Source: Rhizobacter sp.
Lineage (GTDB): Bacteria; Pseudomonadota; Gammaproteobacteria; Burkholderiales; Burkholderiaceae_C
Length of the DNA: 64,000 nucleotides
Direction: 5' to 3'
NCBI GenBank assembly: GCA_025350965.1
Contig: JANXWV010000072.1
Location: 1,997 to 65,996 of the forward strand
In this document: in pieces, positions 39,437 through 49,213 of the stretch
Position numbering within the stretch: position 1 is the first letter of the stretch
How the letters are laid out: every line of letters starts with the position of its first letter
The notes under the pieces: model-generated
The model's input: the letters and a program-made list of their open reading frames with translations, nothing else
Database searches by the model: none
What the model was told of the DNA's origin: nothing
Translations under genes and position numbers: made by a program

Positions 39437-41239
39437 TTACTTGGACCAGTAGACCGCGTCGACGAACACCTTGGCCGTGCTGCCACGGCTGCTTGCATTG
39501 CCGGTCTGGGTGTAGATGTCGGCGATCACCAGGCTGTTCGTGACCTTGGTGAGGTCGAACTTCACACCGGCGGCCGTGAAGGCCGAGATCGGAATCGACA
39601 CCTGGTGCCAGGTACCGTCATTGACGTACCCATAGCCATCGGCATTGGTGTTGCTGGCGGTCACGAACACGGCGCCCGCGAGCTTGGTGCCGAAGCCGAA
39701 CAGCAGCTTGCCGGGGTAGCTGGTCTTGATGCTGAAGTTGATCCGGCCGGTGGCCAGGAACTGGCTCAGGTCGACGCGCGTGTTGGTGGTGGTGAGCATG
39801 CCCCAGCCGTAGTCCTTGCCGACGCTGGTGCTGGGCGCGGGCCCGATCTCCATGAAGTGCGTTCCTTCGGCCGCCAGGGTGTTGTCGGTGCCCTCGCCGG
39901 CGAAGGCGTTCGGTGGGCTGTCGAAACCGAACCACTGGGTCGCTGGCGCAACCACTTCGCCAGCAGTCACTGCGTCGGCGTAGATGGTGTAGCGGCTGGC
40001 CGTGATCACCGGCGACGCCACGGTGGGCGCGAAGACGGCATCCGCCAGGGTGTAGGTGCCGGGCTCCCACTGGCTGGTCGGGTACAGGCTCTGCACCACG
40101 TAGCGCGCTTGGCGGTTGACGTTGAAGAGGCCCCAGTTGTCGTCGTCGTACGCCCCCGCCACCGCCGCCTTCTTGAACGGCTCGTCGAAGGCTTCGAAGT
40201 AGAAGATCGCTGCCGGGCTGTCAGCGTTCTTGGTCTTGTCGCCCCAGGCAGCGAGGCGGTCGAAGAACATCTTCTGGTTGACCGGGTGGGCCAGGTGGGT
40301 CATGTCGCCGGACGGGTAGCTCGCCTTCCAGCCGACCTCGCCGACCACGATCGGCATGCGCTCGTGACCCTGGCTGTTGAGGTATTTGCGAACGGCGGCG
40401 TAATTCGCCTTGGCCACGTCGATGGCGGCGTCCATCATTGCCGCCGCGCGGCCGGCTTCGGGCACCGCCTGCTGCTCCCAGTCCCACGGGTCGTAGTAGC
40501 TGAAGGCCGTGCCGGAGTACAGGATGGGGTAGGTGTGTATCGCCGCGAAGTCGATCAGGTTCGTCACATAAGCGGGCATGCCGGCGCCACCATTGCCCGG
40601 CAGGCCGGCGTAGGCGTCCCACACGTCGTCGGTGGTCAAGGGTTGCGTGATGTTGCCGCGCACGGTCGTCAGGTAGGCGGCGATCTCTTTGGGCGTGTTG
40701 TTGCCGAAGGCGACCGACTCGTTGCCGACGCTGACGGCGATCACGATGTCGCGGAAGTCGGCGGCGAGCCGGATGCCCCGCGCGACCTCGGCGTCGTTGG
40801 TGCGCAGCGCATTGGCAAGGTCGGCCCCGGTGCCGTTGGTCGGCGCAATGTAGATGCCGAGTTGCACCTTGATGTTGAGCTGGTTGTCCTTGATGATCTG
40901 CAGCAGCAGGCGCGCCACTTCGTCACTGCTGTCGAACGTGCGCAGCAGTGTGAAACCGCCCTGTGCGAGCAGCCCCAGGTCTTGCAGCACGTTGGCGCGG
41001 GTCACGACCTCGGTATCGCGGTTCGCAGTCCGGTACGGCGAGTAGTTGACCGCCTTTCGGGTGCCGAGCTCGGCGCTCAGCGGGCGCAGGCCGCCGGGCT
41101 GCGTGGCGGGCACGGTGCCGCCGCCGCCGCATGCTGCCATCAGGGCTGCTGCGGTCAGCGCGAGCGCGCCGAACCAAGTGAACGAGCGAACGCGGGCGGG
41201 GCGGGCGCGTGGGCTCGAAGTTGTTTGAGATGTCATCAT
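39437..41239 (-). CDS. Lipoprotein: GH17 domain plus C-terminal carbohydrate-binding-like domain
   Basis: Lipobox MAAC, AVNYSPYR, VSVGNE, HTYP, VGEVGW, FEAFDEPFK; C-terminal W..VSIPIS.F and VDAVYW. Confidence 0.85.
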   Translation of the reverse strand: MMTSQTTSSPRARPARVRSFTWFGALALTAAALMAACGGGGTVPATQPGGLRPLSAELGTRKAVNYSPYRTANRDTEVVTRANVLQDLGLLAQGGFTLLRTFDSSDEVARLLLQIIKDNQLNIKVQLGIYIAPTNGTGADLANALRTNDAEVARGIRLAADFRDIVIAVSVGNESVAFGNNTPKEIAAYLTTVRGNITQPLTTDDVWDAYAGLPGNGGAGMPAYVTNLIDFAAIHTYPILYSGTAFSYYDPWDWEQQAVPEAGRAAAMMDAAIDVAKANYAAVRKYLNSQGHERMPIVVGEVGWKASYPSGDMTHLAHPVNQKMFFDRLAAWGDKTKNADSPAAIFYFEAFDEPFKKAAVAGAYDDDNWGLFNVNRQARYVVQSLYPTSQWEPGTYTLADAVFAPTVASPVITASRYTIYADAVTAGEVVAPATQWFGFDSPPNAFAGEGTDNTLAAEGTHFMEIGPAPSTSVGKDYGWGMLTTTNTRVDLSQFLATGRINFSIKTSYPGKLLFGFGTKLAGAVFVTASNTNADGYGYVNDGTWHQVSIPISAFTAAGVKFDLTKVTNSLVIADIYTQTGNASSRGSTAKVFVDAVYWSK

Positions 41240-41249
41240 GCTGTGTGCC

Positions 41250-42701
41250 TCAGAACGAGTAGGTCAGGCCGGCAGAGAAGCCGTTGCTGTACCTGCTCAC
41301 GCGCGAATCGCCGCCTCCGGCGTTGTTGTCGGGCACCGACCGCGGTGCCAGCGTGCAACTGTCGGCCGGGCGGTCTTTCTGGATGTTGCAGCCCCAGGTC
41401 TGGGGTTGCAGGCCGTAGGCAAAGGCGCTGACCGAGGCGTACGCCACCAGCCCGTTGCGGAAGTCGTAGCCACCACCGAGCGACGCCTTGAGCAGCGAGT
41501 TGCTCTGCCCGCGTTCGCTCGGGTTGTTGGTGCTGGCCTTGCTCAGGTAGACCATGCCGGTGCTGACGCTCCAGGGGCCGTTCACGTAGCGCACGCCGAG
41601 GGTCAGGTCGTTCGTGGTCTGCGGGTAGCCCGGGCCGCCCACGCCGTTGGCGTCCTTGCCGAAGAAGTCGACGTTGAAGAAGTTGTTGTAGCGGCATTGG
41701 CCATCGATGAAGTCGATGCAGACCGCATACGCGCCGCTCCAGCGGTTGTGGCGCAGGCCCGCCCCGACTTCGAAGTTGGAGTTGATCTGGTAGCGCCCCA
41801 TGACCATGGCCATGCTCTGGCCCGAGCTGCCGATCTTGCTGTCGTATTTGGCGTCGTAGAACACACCCGTGAAAGGCGCGTGGCCCCATGAGCTGGGCCC
41901 GCCGTTGCGGGTGTCTTGAACCATCACATCGAGCTTCAGGTCGCCCCGGTAGTACCGGGCCCACACCTCGAGGAAGCGCGGCTTGTTGCGCTTGAACTCG
42001 GTGCTGCCGAAGTCCCAGGTGGCTTCGAGAACGAGGTCGCCGTCCATCACGTCGAGCGTGCGCGCGGTGTAACGGATGGCCTGGGTGTTCAAGCCGTAGC
42101 CGGCGCCGGTGGAAGCCCAGGTGTCGCCGCCGCTGAAGTCACTGGCGAACGGGTAGTCGGCGAACGCCCAGGCGCGCGTCGGAAAGGCGCCGACGCGCAG
42201 ACTGCCGTAGTCGTCGTGGCTGATGGCCACGTTCTTCTCGTACCAGATGCCCGGGATGTCGATCTTGCCGTCGCGCCAGCGCTGGCTGATCAGGCCCTGC
42301 AGCTTGAAGCCGCGGGGCAGGTCGAACTTGGCGCCGAGGTAGGGCTGGGCCAGGGTGATGTGGCTGTTCGAGCTTGCGAACTCGCGCCCGGGCACCAGTG
42401 CGTCGGCCCACGGCCGCTCGCGGTTTTCGGCGGGGAACAGCTGGCATGCGGACGAGTTGGTGTCGCTGACCGTGCTCAGGGAATTGCCCGGTCCGCCGCC
42501 GCAGACCTTGCTGGTGCGGCTGACCTCCACTTTCGCGAAGCCGGTCAGGCTGAACGGGCCGAAGTCGACCGCGCTGCTTGCGCCGCTGAGGGCCAGCCCG
42601 GATGCCAGAAGGCCGAGGCGCCCGATCGCACCCCAGCCCCCGGCGGATGCGCCCGGCGTGCGACGCTCGGTGGGTTGGATGCGACGATGGTGTTTCTGCA
42701 T
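41250..42701 (-). CDS. Outer-membrane porin-like beta-barrel
   Basis: Signal peptide, FSLTGFAKVE first strand, YGSLRVG, alternating aromatic strands, terminal GLTYSF. Confidence 0.75.
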   Translation of the reverse strand: MQKHHRRIQPTERRTPGASAGGWGAIGRLGLLASGLALSGASSAVDFGPFSLTGFAKVEVSRTSKVCGGGPGNSLSTVSDTNSSACQLFPAENRERPWADALVPGREFASSNSHITLAQPYLGAKFDLPRGFKLQGLISQRWRDGKIDIPGIWYEKNVAISHDDYGSLRVGAFPTRAWAFADYPFASDFSGGDTWASTGAGYGLNTQAIRYTARTLDVMDGDLVLEATWDFGSTEFKRNKPRFLEVWARYYRGDLKLDVMVQDTRNGGPSSWGHAPFTGVFYDAKYDSKIGSSGQSMAMVMGRYQINSNFEVGAGLRHNRWSGAYAVCIDFIDGQCRYNNFFNVDFFGKDANGVGGPGYPQTTNDLTLGVRYVNGPWSVSTGMVYLSKASTNNPSERGQSNSLLKASLGGGYDFRNGLVAYASVSAFAYGLQPQTWGCNIQKDRPADSCTLAPRSVPDNNAGGGDSRVSRYSNGFSAGLTYSF

Positions 42702-42723
42702 GATGATGACCCGGCCGACAGCG

Positions 42724-42737
42724 TGAAAGCGATTTCA
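42724..42737. promoter_or_regulatory. LacI operator TGAAAGCGATTTCA (porin operon)
   Basis: Exact motif copy. Confidence 0.85.
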
Positions 42738-42891
42738 AAGAATAGTCGGCAACGACCCTCGGCGTCAATCCGGGCAGACCGGGTGTTTTCCCGAGACCGC
42801 CGGGGAATTCGCAACGGTGCCAGTCGCGCGGCTGTCGGGCCGGTCAATGCTCGCGCAGGCGGGGCGGCCGTGGCTTGCAGACGTCGATGTT

Positions 42892-43020
42892 GACCTTGGC
42901 GTAGACCTTGGCGTAGACCTTGGCGTAGACCTTGCCGTTGCCGTTGCCATTTGCCGTTGCCGTTGCAGTTGCAGTTGCAGTTGCAGTTGCAGTTGCAGTT
43001 GCAGTTGCAGTTGCAGTTGC
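42892..43020. repeat. Compound microsatellite: (GACCTTGGCGTA)x3, GTTGCC units, (GTTGCA)x~10
   Basis: Read directly; lies in the divergent intergenic region. Confidence 0.95.
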
Positions 43021-43040
43021 GGGTAAACCGCAGGTCGGCC

Positions 43041-43054
43041 TGAAAGCGATTTCA
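43041..43054. promoter_or_regulatory. LacI operator TGAAAGCGATTTCA (GH81)
   Basis: Exact motif copy. Confidence 0.85.
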
Positions 43055-43095
43055 TGAACAATGGGTCGCCCTGGCTTTGCATGAGGAAACCGAAC

Positions 43096-45414
43096 ATGAA
43101 GTTGCTCTCTGGTCGCGGGCTCGCGCTCTTCCAAGTTCTCTTGCTCGCTCCATTGCTCGGCGTGGCGACCTCGGGCTCCGCCGGCGCCCAGCCGGTCAAG
43201 GCGGGTGCCGGCACTTACTTCTTGTCGCCCAAGGGAAGCGACCGCCCCGCGCCGGCCGCGCCGTTGCGCACCCCGGCGTTGCTGGCTACGGCTGCACAGA
43301 CCAACCAGTGGTATTCAACGTTGATTTTCAACGCAAAGCCCGAAGCCCTGTTCGCCCACCCGCTGACCTTCAAGACGACGCCAGCCGGGTTCGAGATGGC
43401 GCTGGCCACCAAGGAAGTCGTGCCGACCGTGCGGCGTGATACGGAAATCCACTACCCGCACCGCGACGCGCTGGTGTTCTCACCGCTGGCCTTCGAGCCG
43501 GGGCCCGCCAAGCTCGCCCGAGCCAGCGACTGGGCCATCGACATCGCGATGGCACGCGGCGACGACCAGATGCTCGTGACGGTGGCCCACGCGAGCCCGT
43601 TCGCCTACTTCCGGCTCTCGCGCGGCGACGTTCGGCTGCGCCTGCCTGCCCCGGCCGAGCGCCTGGACACAGCCGCCGACGCGCGCGTGCTGGCGCTGAA
43701 GATCGCCGGCAAGGTGTACGCCGCCTTCGGCCCGACCGGTGGCCGCTGGGAGCAGGTTTCGCCGACCGAATGGGTCGGCAGGCTGCCTGCGGGTGCCGGT
43801 TACTTCTCGGCGGCGGCCTTGCCGGACGACAAGCCGGAGACCGTTCAGCTCTTCAGCCGCCACGCTTATGCGTTCGTGCAGGACACGCGTGCCGACTGGC
43901 GCTACGAACCCGCGACGAGCCTGGTCGAGACAACGTTCAAGGTCACGACCCGCGTGATGGAAGGCGCCGACAACGGGCCGCTGATCGGGCTGTACCCGCA
44001 CCAGTGGTTCAACAACGCCTCGGTCGCCGGCAAACTGGGCCCGTCGTACGACAGCATCCGCGGCAAGATCAAGCTGCTGGCGGCATCGCAGTTCAAAACC
44101 GAATACCGCTACCAGGGCTTTGTTCCGTACTGGCCCGGGGTCAAGACCGGCCCGCGCGTCGACGAACTCGCCGACCTGCTCAAGACCGACATTCGCAAGC
44201 GCCGCGAGCTGATCCCGGGCCGAGAGAACAACGACAACTGGCGCACCAGCGCGTACTGGCAGGGCAAGGGCCTGACGCGCCTGACGCAACTGGCGAGCGT
44301 GGCCGAACAGCAGGGCGACGTGGACGGCCGCGACCAGCTGCTCACGATGGTCAAGGAACGCATGGAATTCTGGTTCGGTGGCCAGAGCAACAAGAGCTAC
44401 TTCCACTACGACAAAGGCATCGGCACGGTGGTGAGCTACCCGGATGAGTTCTTCGCGGTCGAGCAAATGAACGACCACCACTTCCACTACGGCTACTTCA
44501 TTCGCGCGGCGGCCGAGGTTGCCATGCGCGACCCGGCCTGGGCCGCGAAGGACAAGTGGGGCGCGATGGTGGAGCTGCTGATTGCCGACATCGCCACCAT
44601 GCAGCGCGGCCGCGCCGACTTCCCGTTCTTGCGCAACTTCGATGCCTACGAGGGGCATTCGTGGGCCTCGGGCGTGGGCCTGGGCGAATGGGGCAACAAC
44701 CAGGAATCGTCGTCGGAGGCCATCAACGCCTGGGCCGGCCTGATCATGTGGGGCGAGCTGACCGGCAACCGCGAGTTGCGCGACCTCGGCGTGTACCTTT
44801 ACACCACCGAAGTCGAGGCCATCAACCACTACTGGTTCGACATTCACGGCCAGGTGCTGCCGCCCGAATACAAGAGCGCCGAGGTCAGCATGCTGTTCGG
44901 CGGCAAGATCGCGCACAACACCTGGTGGACCGATGAGCCGCGGCAGATCCACGGCATCAACCTGCTGCCTGTTGCCGGCTTCTCGACCTACCTAGGCCGT
45001 GACCCGGCGTTCGTCAAGCGCAACATGGCGGCACTGAAGTTGGACAGCGATGCCTACGCCGCACGCGGCCAGCTGCCCCCGAACCCACCGCCGAAAGACA
45101 TCTGGCAGGACATCTTTGCCAAGTACCTGGCACTGGCCGACCCGATGGCCGCGCTGGCGCAGTGGGACAAGTACGGCAGCGTCGAACTCGGCGACACCCG
45201 CGCCCACACGCTGCACTGGATGCTCAGCCTGAACGAGATGGGCACGCCCGACTTCAGCATCAGCGCCGACACGCCGCTGTACCAGGTGTTCAAACGCGCC
45301 GACGGGCGCATGACCTACCTCGCCTTCAACGCGACCAAGGCACCGATCGCGGTGCGCTTCAGTGACGGCAAGACCTTGAACGTGGCGGCTGGCACGTTGG
45401 CCCGCTTGCCGTAA
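43096..45414 (+). CDS. Secreted GH81 endo-beta-1,3-glucanase
   Basis: Signal peptide, TNQWYS, MNDHHFHYGY, R.FD.Y.GHSWASG, NQESSSEA.N and GINLLP; RBS GAGG. Confidence 0.92.
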   Translation: MKLLSGRGLALFQVLLLAPLLGVATSGSAGAQPVKAGAGTYFLSPKGSDRPAPAAPLRTPALLATAAQTNQWYSTLIFNAKPEALFAHPLTFKTTPAGFEMALATKEVVPTVRRDTEIHYPHRDALVFSPLAFEPGPAKLARASDWAIDIAMARGDDQMLVTVAHASPFAYFRLSRGDVRLRLPAPAERLDTAADARVLALKIAGKVYAAFGPTGGRWEQVSPTEWVGRLPAGAGYFSAAALPDDKPETVQLFSRHAYAFVQDTRADWRYEPATSLVETTFKVTTRVMEGADNGPLIGLYPHQWFNNASVAGKLGPSYDSIRGKIKLLAASQFKTEYRYQGFVPYWPGVKTGPRVDELADLLKTDIRKRRELIPGRENNDNWRTSAYWQGKGLTRLTQLASVAEQQGDVDGRDQLLTMVKERMEFWFGGQSNKSYFHYDKGIGTVVSYPDEFFAVEQMNDHHFHYGYFIRAAAEVAMRDPAWAAKDKWGAMVELLIADIATMQRGRADFPFLRNFDAYEGHSWASGVGLGEWGNNQESSSEAINAWAGLIMWGELTGNRELRDLGVYLYTTEVEAINHYWFDIHGQVLPPEYKSAEVSMLFGGKIAHNTWWTDEPRQIHGINLLPVAGFSTYLGRDPAFVKRNMAALKLDSDAYAARGQLPPNPPPKDIWQDIFAKYLALADPMAALAQWDKYGSVELGDTRAHTLHWMLSLNEMGTPDFSISADTPLYQVFKRADGRMTYLAFNATKAPIAVRFSDGKTLNVAAGTLARLP

Positions 45415-45602
45415 AACCGCCCAGCATTCGCGGCGCTGAGCCCTTCGCGCAAACACCCCTGACGCCTGCCCGGGCGCGCCTTTGCCGCACCAGTTCGGGC
45501 ATGAAACCAGCTCGTGCATGAAACGCAAATGGCGGGCAAAACGCCCGCCACCAAAGCTTCAACCCGAGTTCGGCCGGCCGAGGCGGGCCGGCCCGCTCGA
45601 CC

Positions 45603-47897
45603 TTACTGGCCGACGAACTTCACGTCGTCGAAGTAGTAGGTCCGCGTTCCCGGCATCGCGTCGTAGCCGGCATCGCCCAGACCGTAGTCGAAGAAGATGT
45701 TGACCTTGTTGAAGGTCTTGGTCACGTCGAGTTGCGAGGTCGGGCGGTAGGCGGGGCTCGTCGAGTCGGTGACGTAGCCGTTCGGGCCGGGGCCGCTGGG
45801 TACGAAGTGCTTGCCGGCGGGGCCGAAGTCGAACGTCAGCGTCTCCCAGGTGTTGGCCAGCGAGGTGAATGCGTCGACTTCACTGTTGAAGTCCGGGCGG
45901 CCCGATTGCTCGACCTTCAGGTGCACGCGCATGCCGGGGTAGGCGCTGTAGACGCGCACGCTCATCTTCGTGGCACCGGTGGCAAACGGGATTGTCGGCA
46001 CGGCGTCGTTCGGCTTGCGCTGCATCGAGGTGCCCGCGTAGGTGGCGCCCGCGTTTTTCACGACCTTGGCCCACTTGCCGGTGCGGGTGCCGTCGGCCGG
46101 CACGCCCACATCGCTGGGGCCGACCAGCGTGGAGTTCTCGGCGCCAGCGAAGCCGTTCAGGACCGAGGGCTGTGACTGGCTGCCGTCGAAGCTGCGCTCG
46201 TCGAAGGTGACGAGCGGCGTGTTGGTGCCCGTGCCGGTGATGAACGTGACGTCGTCGAAGTAGTACGTCTTGCCGGTGCCCATGGTGCCGAAGTCGAAGA
46301 AGATCGTTGCCTTGGTGTACGACGTGCTCAGGTTCAGCACCGGGGTGCCACTGGCGGCGTTGGCAAAGTTGAAGGTCAGCGTCTGCCAGCCGGCGACCGT
46401 GGTGACCGCCTCGGTCTCCACTGACTTCGTGCCGTCGGTGATGTCTTCGACCTTCAGGCGCACCGGGATGCCCACATCGGGCGAGTACACGCGCACGGTG
46501 AGCGAGGTTGCCGTGCTGCTGAACGGGATCGCCGGGAAGCCGCCGTTGGCTACCGTGACGACGGTGCTGCCACAGTAGAACGGCACGCCGCTGCCCGGCT
46601 TGACCACCTTGCCGACCTTGTTGGTGCCGCCGGCCGGGTCTGCGACCACCGAGGAGTCGTAGCAGCCTTCGAAGCCGGTGAGCACGGCGCCGGGTTCGTC
46701 GAGCGTTGCGATGGTGACCGGCACGGGTGCCGCAGGGGCCGGGGCCGGCGCTGCGGTCGCAGACGCCACGACCTTGATGTCGTCGAACCAGTAGACCTGA
46801 CCGGTCGTGACGAGGTCGACGTCGGGCGTGATCGCGATGATCTTGTAGGCATTCGCCAGGTTCACCGCGCTCAGGTCCCAGGTCACTGTGCTCCAGGTGT
46901 TGGCTGCGCCGGTGGGCGCGCCCGCCACCTCGACACTGGTGCCGCCCGGCACCTCGACCTTGAGCTTGACGACGGCACCGGCGCGGCTCGAATAGACGCG
47001 CGCCGAGATGCTCTTGGAGCCGGCCGCGAACGGAATGGTCGCGGTGGTGAAGAACGCGCCGCCCCAGGTGTCGGGTGACACCGGCTTGAGGATCTTGAGG
47101 GCGTTGCCGCTGCCACCGACGGGGCCGGCTTCGACGCTGGGCAACGCGCCACCGTAGGCGCCCATCTGAGAGAACGCTGCGACCGTTTCATCAAAGGAAA
47201 GGAACGTGGCGCTGGGTGCGGGCGCCGGGGCGGCCGCCACCGCAGGGGCCAGCGTGATGTCGTCGATGTAGTACGACTGGCCAGTGGTGACGAGGTCGAC
47301 ATCCGGCGTGATCGCAACGACGGTGTAGGCCTTGGTGGTGTCCACCGCGCCGAAGTCCCAGGTCACGGTGCCCCAGGTGTTCGCCGCACCCGTTGCGGTG
47401 CCGGCAACCTCGACACTGGCGCCGCCGGCGATCTCGACCTTGAACTTGATCACTGCCCCGGCGCGGGTTGAGTACACGCGGGCCGTGATGGCCTTGCGGT
47501 CGGCCGTGAACGGAATCGCCGCGACGGTGAAGAACGTGCCGCCCCAGGTGTCCGGCGAGACCGGCTTGAGGATCTTCAGCGCATTGCCGCTACCGCCCGT
47601 CGGGCCGGCCTCGACGGAAGGCAAGGCGCCCCCATAAGCGCCCACACCCGCGACTGCAGGGTTGGCTTCATCGAAGCTGATCAAAACGGTGCCGGACGGA
47701 GACGGCGCCGGTGCCGGCGTGGGAGCCGCCGGGGCGGGCGCAGGCGCCGTTACAGGGGCGGGTGCCGGTGCCACCGCGACAACGGCAAGCGGCGGCGCCT
47801 CGGCGTCACCGCCACCGCAGGCAGCGAGCAGCGCGCTGATGGCCAGGTACATGGCTGAGCGGGCAGACGACATGAGGCGGGGAGTGGGGTGGTTCAT
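45603..47897 (-). CDS. Lipoprotein with four tandem CBM-like domains (surface glycan-binding protein)
   Basis: Lipobox LAAC, Pro/Ala linkers, four domains with RVYS....KVE...W.T.T.DF...YY.DD motifs; no catalytic motif seen. Confidence 0.82.
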   Translation of the reverse strand: MNHPTPRLMSSARSAMYLAISALLAACGGGDAEAPPLAVVAVAPAPAPVTAPAPAPAAPTPAPAPSPSGTVLISFDEANPAVAGVGAYGGALPSVEAGPTGGSGNALKILKPVSPDTWGGTFFTVAAIPFTADRKAITARVYSTRAGAVIKFKVEIAGGASVEVAGTATGAANTWGTVTWDFGAVDTTKAYTVVAITPDVDLVTTGQSYYIDDITLAPAVAAAPAPAPSATFLSFDETVAAFSQMGAYGGALPSVEAGPVGGSGNALKILKPVSPDTWGGAFFTTATIPFAAGSKSISARVYSSRAGAVVKLKVEVPGGTSVEVAGAPTGAANTWSTVTWDLSAVNLANAYKIIAITPDVDLVTTGQVYWFDDIKVVASATAAPAPAPAAPVPVTIATLDEPGAVLTGFEGCYDSSVVADPAGGTNKVGKVVKPGSGVPFYCGSTVVTVANGGFPAIPFSSTATSLTVRVYSPDVGIPVRLKVEDITDGTKSVETEAVTTVAGWQTLTFNFANAASGTPVLNLSTSYTKATIFFDFGTMGTGKTYYFDDVTFITGTGTNTPLVTFDERSFDGSQSQPSVLNGFAGAENSTLVGPSDVGVPADGTRTGKWAKVVKNAGATYAGTSMQRKPNDAVPTIPFATGATKMSVRVYSAYPGMRVHLKVEQSGRPDFNSEVDAFTSLANTWETLTFDFGPAGKHFVPSGPGPNGYVTDSTSPAYRPTSQLDVTKTFNKVNIFFDYGLGDAGYDAMPGTRTYYFDDVKFVGQ

Positions 47898-47918
47898 TGA
47901 ACTGTACCGAAGTAGTTA

Positions 47919-47932
47919 TGAAAGCGATTTCA
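47919..47932. promoter_or_regulatory. LacI operator TGAAAGCGATTTCA
   Basis: Exact copy upstream of the CBM-array lipoprotein gene. Confidence 0.85.
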
Positions 47933-48230
47933 AAATCCTAAAGCTGCTGTAACCCGCTGACAAGAGGAAAACCCCGTGAGGAATACCCTGATGTGACACC
48001 GCGCCAGCGCCACCGGCGACCCATGAAGCACCCCCCGATCCGGGGGTGCGCCGGTGTGCCCCGGCGGCGAGAGGTCGACACAGGGCAAAGGGCTTCCATA
48101 CAGGTGCCGCGCATCGAACAAATCGTCACGATTTGCGCGGTGGGCGCGGGCCCACCACCTTCGGCAGATCAATTGTCGGGAAAACCCGCTTTGGTGTGGA
48201 GAAGACGCGAATCTAGAATCGGTGCAGGCG

Positions 48231-48244
48231 TGAAAGCGATTTCA
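48231..48244. promoter_or_regulatory. LacI operator TGAAAGCGATTTCA
   Basis: Exact copy upstream of the PEP-CTERM gene; TAGAAT -10-like element at 48214-48219. Confidence 0.85.
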
Positions 48245-48356
48245 GAAACCGAACTCAGAAATCGTGTTCACATGCCAACGGTCGTACGCGCAGCGCTGCT
48301 CGTACGTGGAGAGCAAAGCGGGGCTGATCGCCTCACCATTGACCAAAGGGACAAGC

Positions 48357-49073
48357 ATGTTGAACCTCAAGAAAACCATCGCCGGCCTGACCGCCCTGGC
48401 TGCAGGCGGCTTTGCCGTCAACGCACAGGCGGTCAACCTCATCGCCAACGGCGGCTTCGAATCGTCGCAGGCCATCTTCGCAACCGGCACGCAGCCCGCC
48501 GCCGGGATGCAAGGCGCCGGCTACTGGCTCACGCCGGGCGGCGCCAGCGCAGCCACGCTGTCGACCGACGCTCATTCGGGCCTGTACTCGGCCTCGGTCA
48601 CCTGCGCCCAGCTGTGCGGCTCCACGCTGTTCGGCAACTCGGCTGACAACGGCGGCCTGACCTTGAGCCCCGCGAACTGGGGCACCTCGCCCACGTTCAG
48701 CTTCTGGGCCAAGGGCCAGACCGGCACGACCGGCAACCTGACCTGGGCACTGCGCTATCTCGACGGCACCGGCAACATCCTGGCCGGCACCACGGGCCAG
48801 AACCTGAACAGCGTCAACCCGAACTCGTGGACGCAATTCAGCACCACGCTTGCCATCCCTACCAACACCGTGGGCGTGTTCTTCGAGACGACGTTCGCGA
48901 TCGGCCCGGTGGGCGTTGTGAACGGCACGGTCTTCACGGGTGGCGGCTTCGTGATCGATGACATCAGCCTGCAGAGCACCGTGACCGCAGTTCCTGAGCC
49001 CGAGAGCTACGCGCTGATGCTGGCCGGCCTCGGCGTGATCGGGTACTCGATTCGCCGTCGTCGTTCGGAGTAA
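48357..49073 (+). CDS. PEP-CTERM protein with CBM-like domain
   Basis: Signal peptide AQA-V, domain LIANGGFES..IDDI, tail VPEPESYALMLAGLG..RRRR. Confidence 0.92.
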   Translation: MLNLKKTIAGLTALAAGGFAVNAQAVNLIANGGFESSQAIFATGTQPAAGMQGAGYWLTPGGASAATLSTDAHSGLYSASVTCAQLCGSTLFGNSADNGGLTLSPANWGTSPTFSFWAKGQTGTTGNLTWALRYLDGTGNILAGTTGQNLNSVNPNSWTQFSTTLAIPTNTVGVFFETTFAIGPVGVVNGTVFTGGGFVIDDISLQSTVTAVPEPESYALMLAGLGVIGYSIRRRRSE

Positions 49074-49101
49074 TCTGCAAGCGCCTTCTGGCGCTTACAC
49101 C

Positions 49102-49131
49102 GCACTACGGGGGCTTCGGCCCCCGTAGTGC
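49102..49131. terminator. GC-rich stem-loop (13-bp stem, TTCG loop)
   Basis: GCACTACGGGGGC-TTCG-GCCCCCGTAGTGC; weak U-tract. Confidence 0.65.
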
Positions 49132-49213
49132 ATTGCGGGCCGGCATGTTGCCCCAATCAAGCCTTTGCCGGCCCCGCCCGATGGCCGATGCCCACCGACC
49201 AAGAAACCAGACC

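Noticed and set aside
42765-43214. ORFs with poly-QL, poly-AT or poly-CS tracts
   Set aside because: Translations of the intergenic microsatellite; they overlap operators and the GH81 start.
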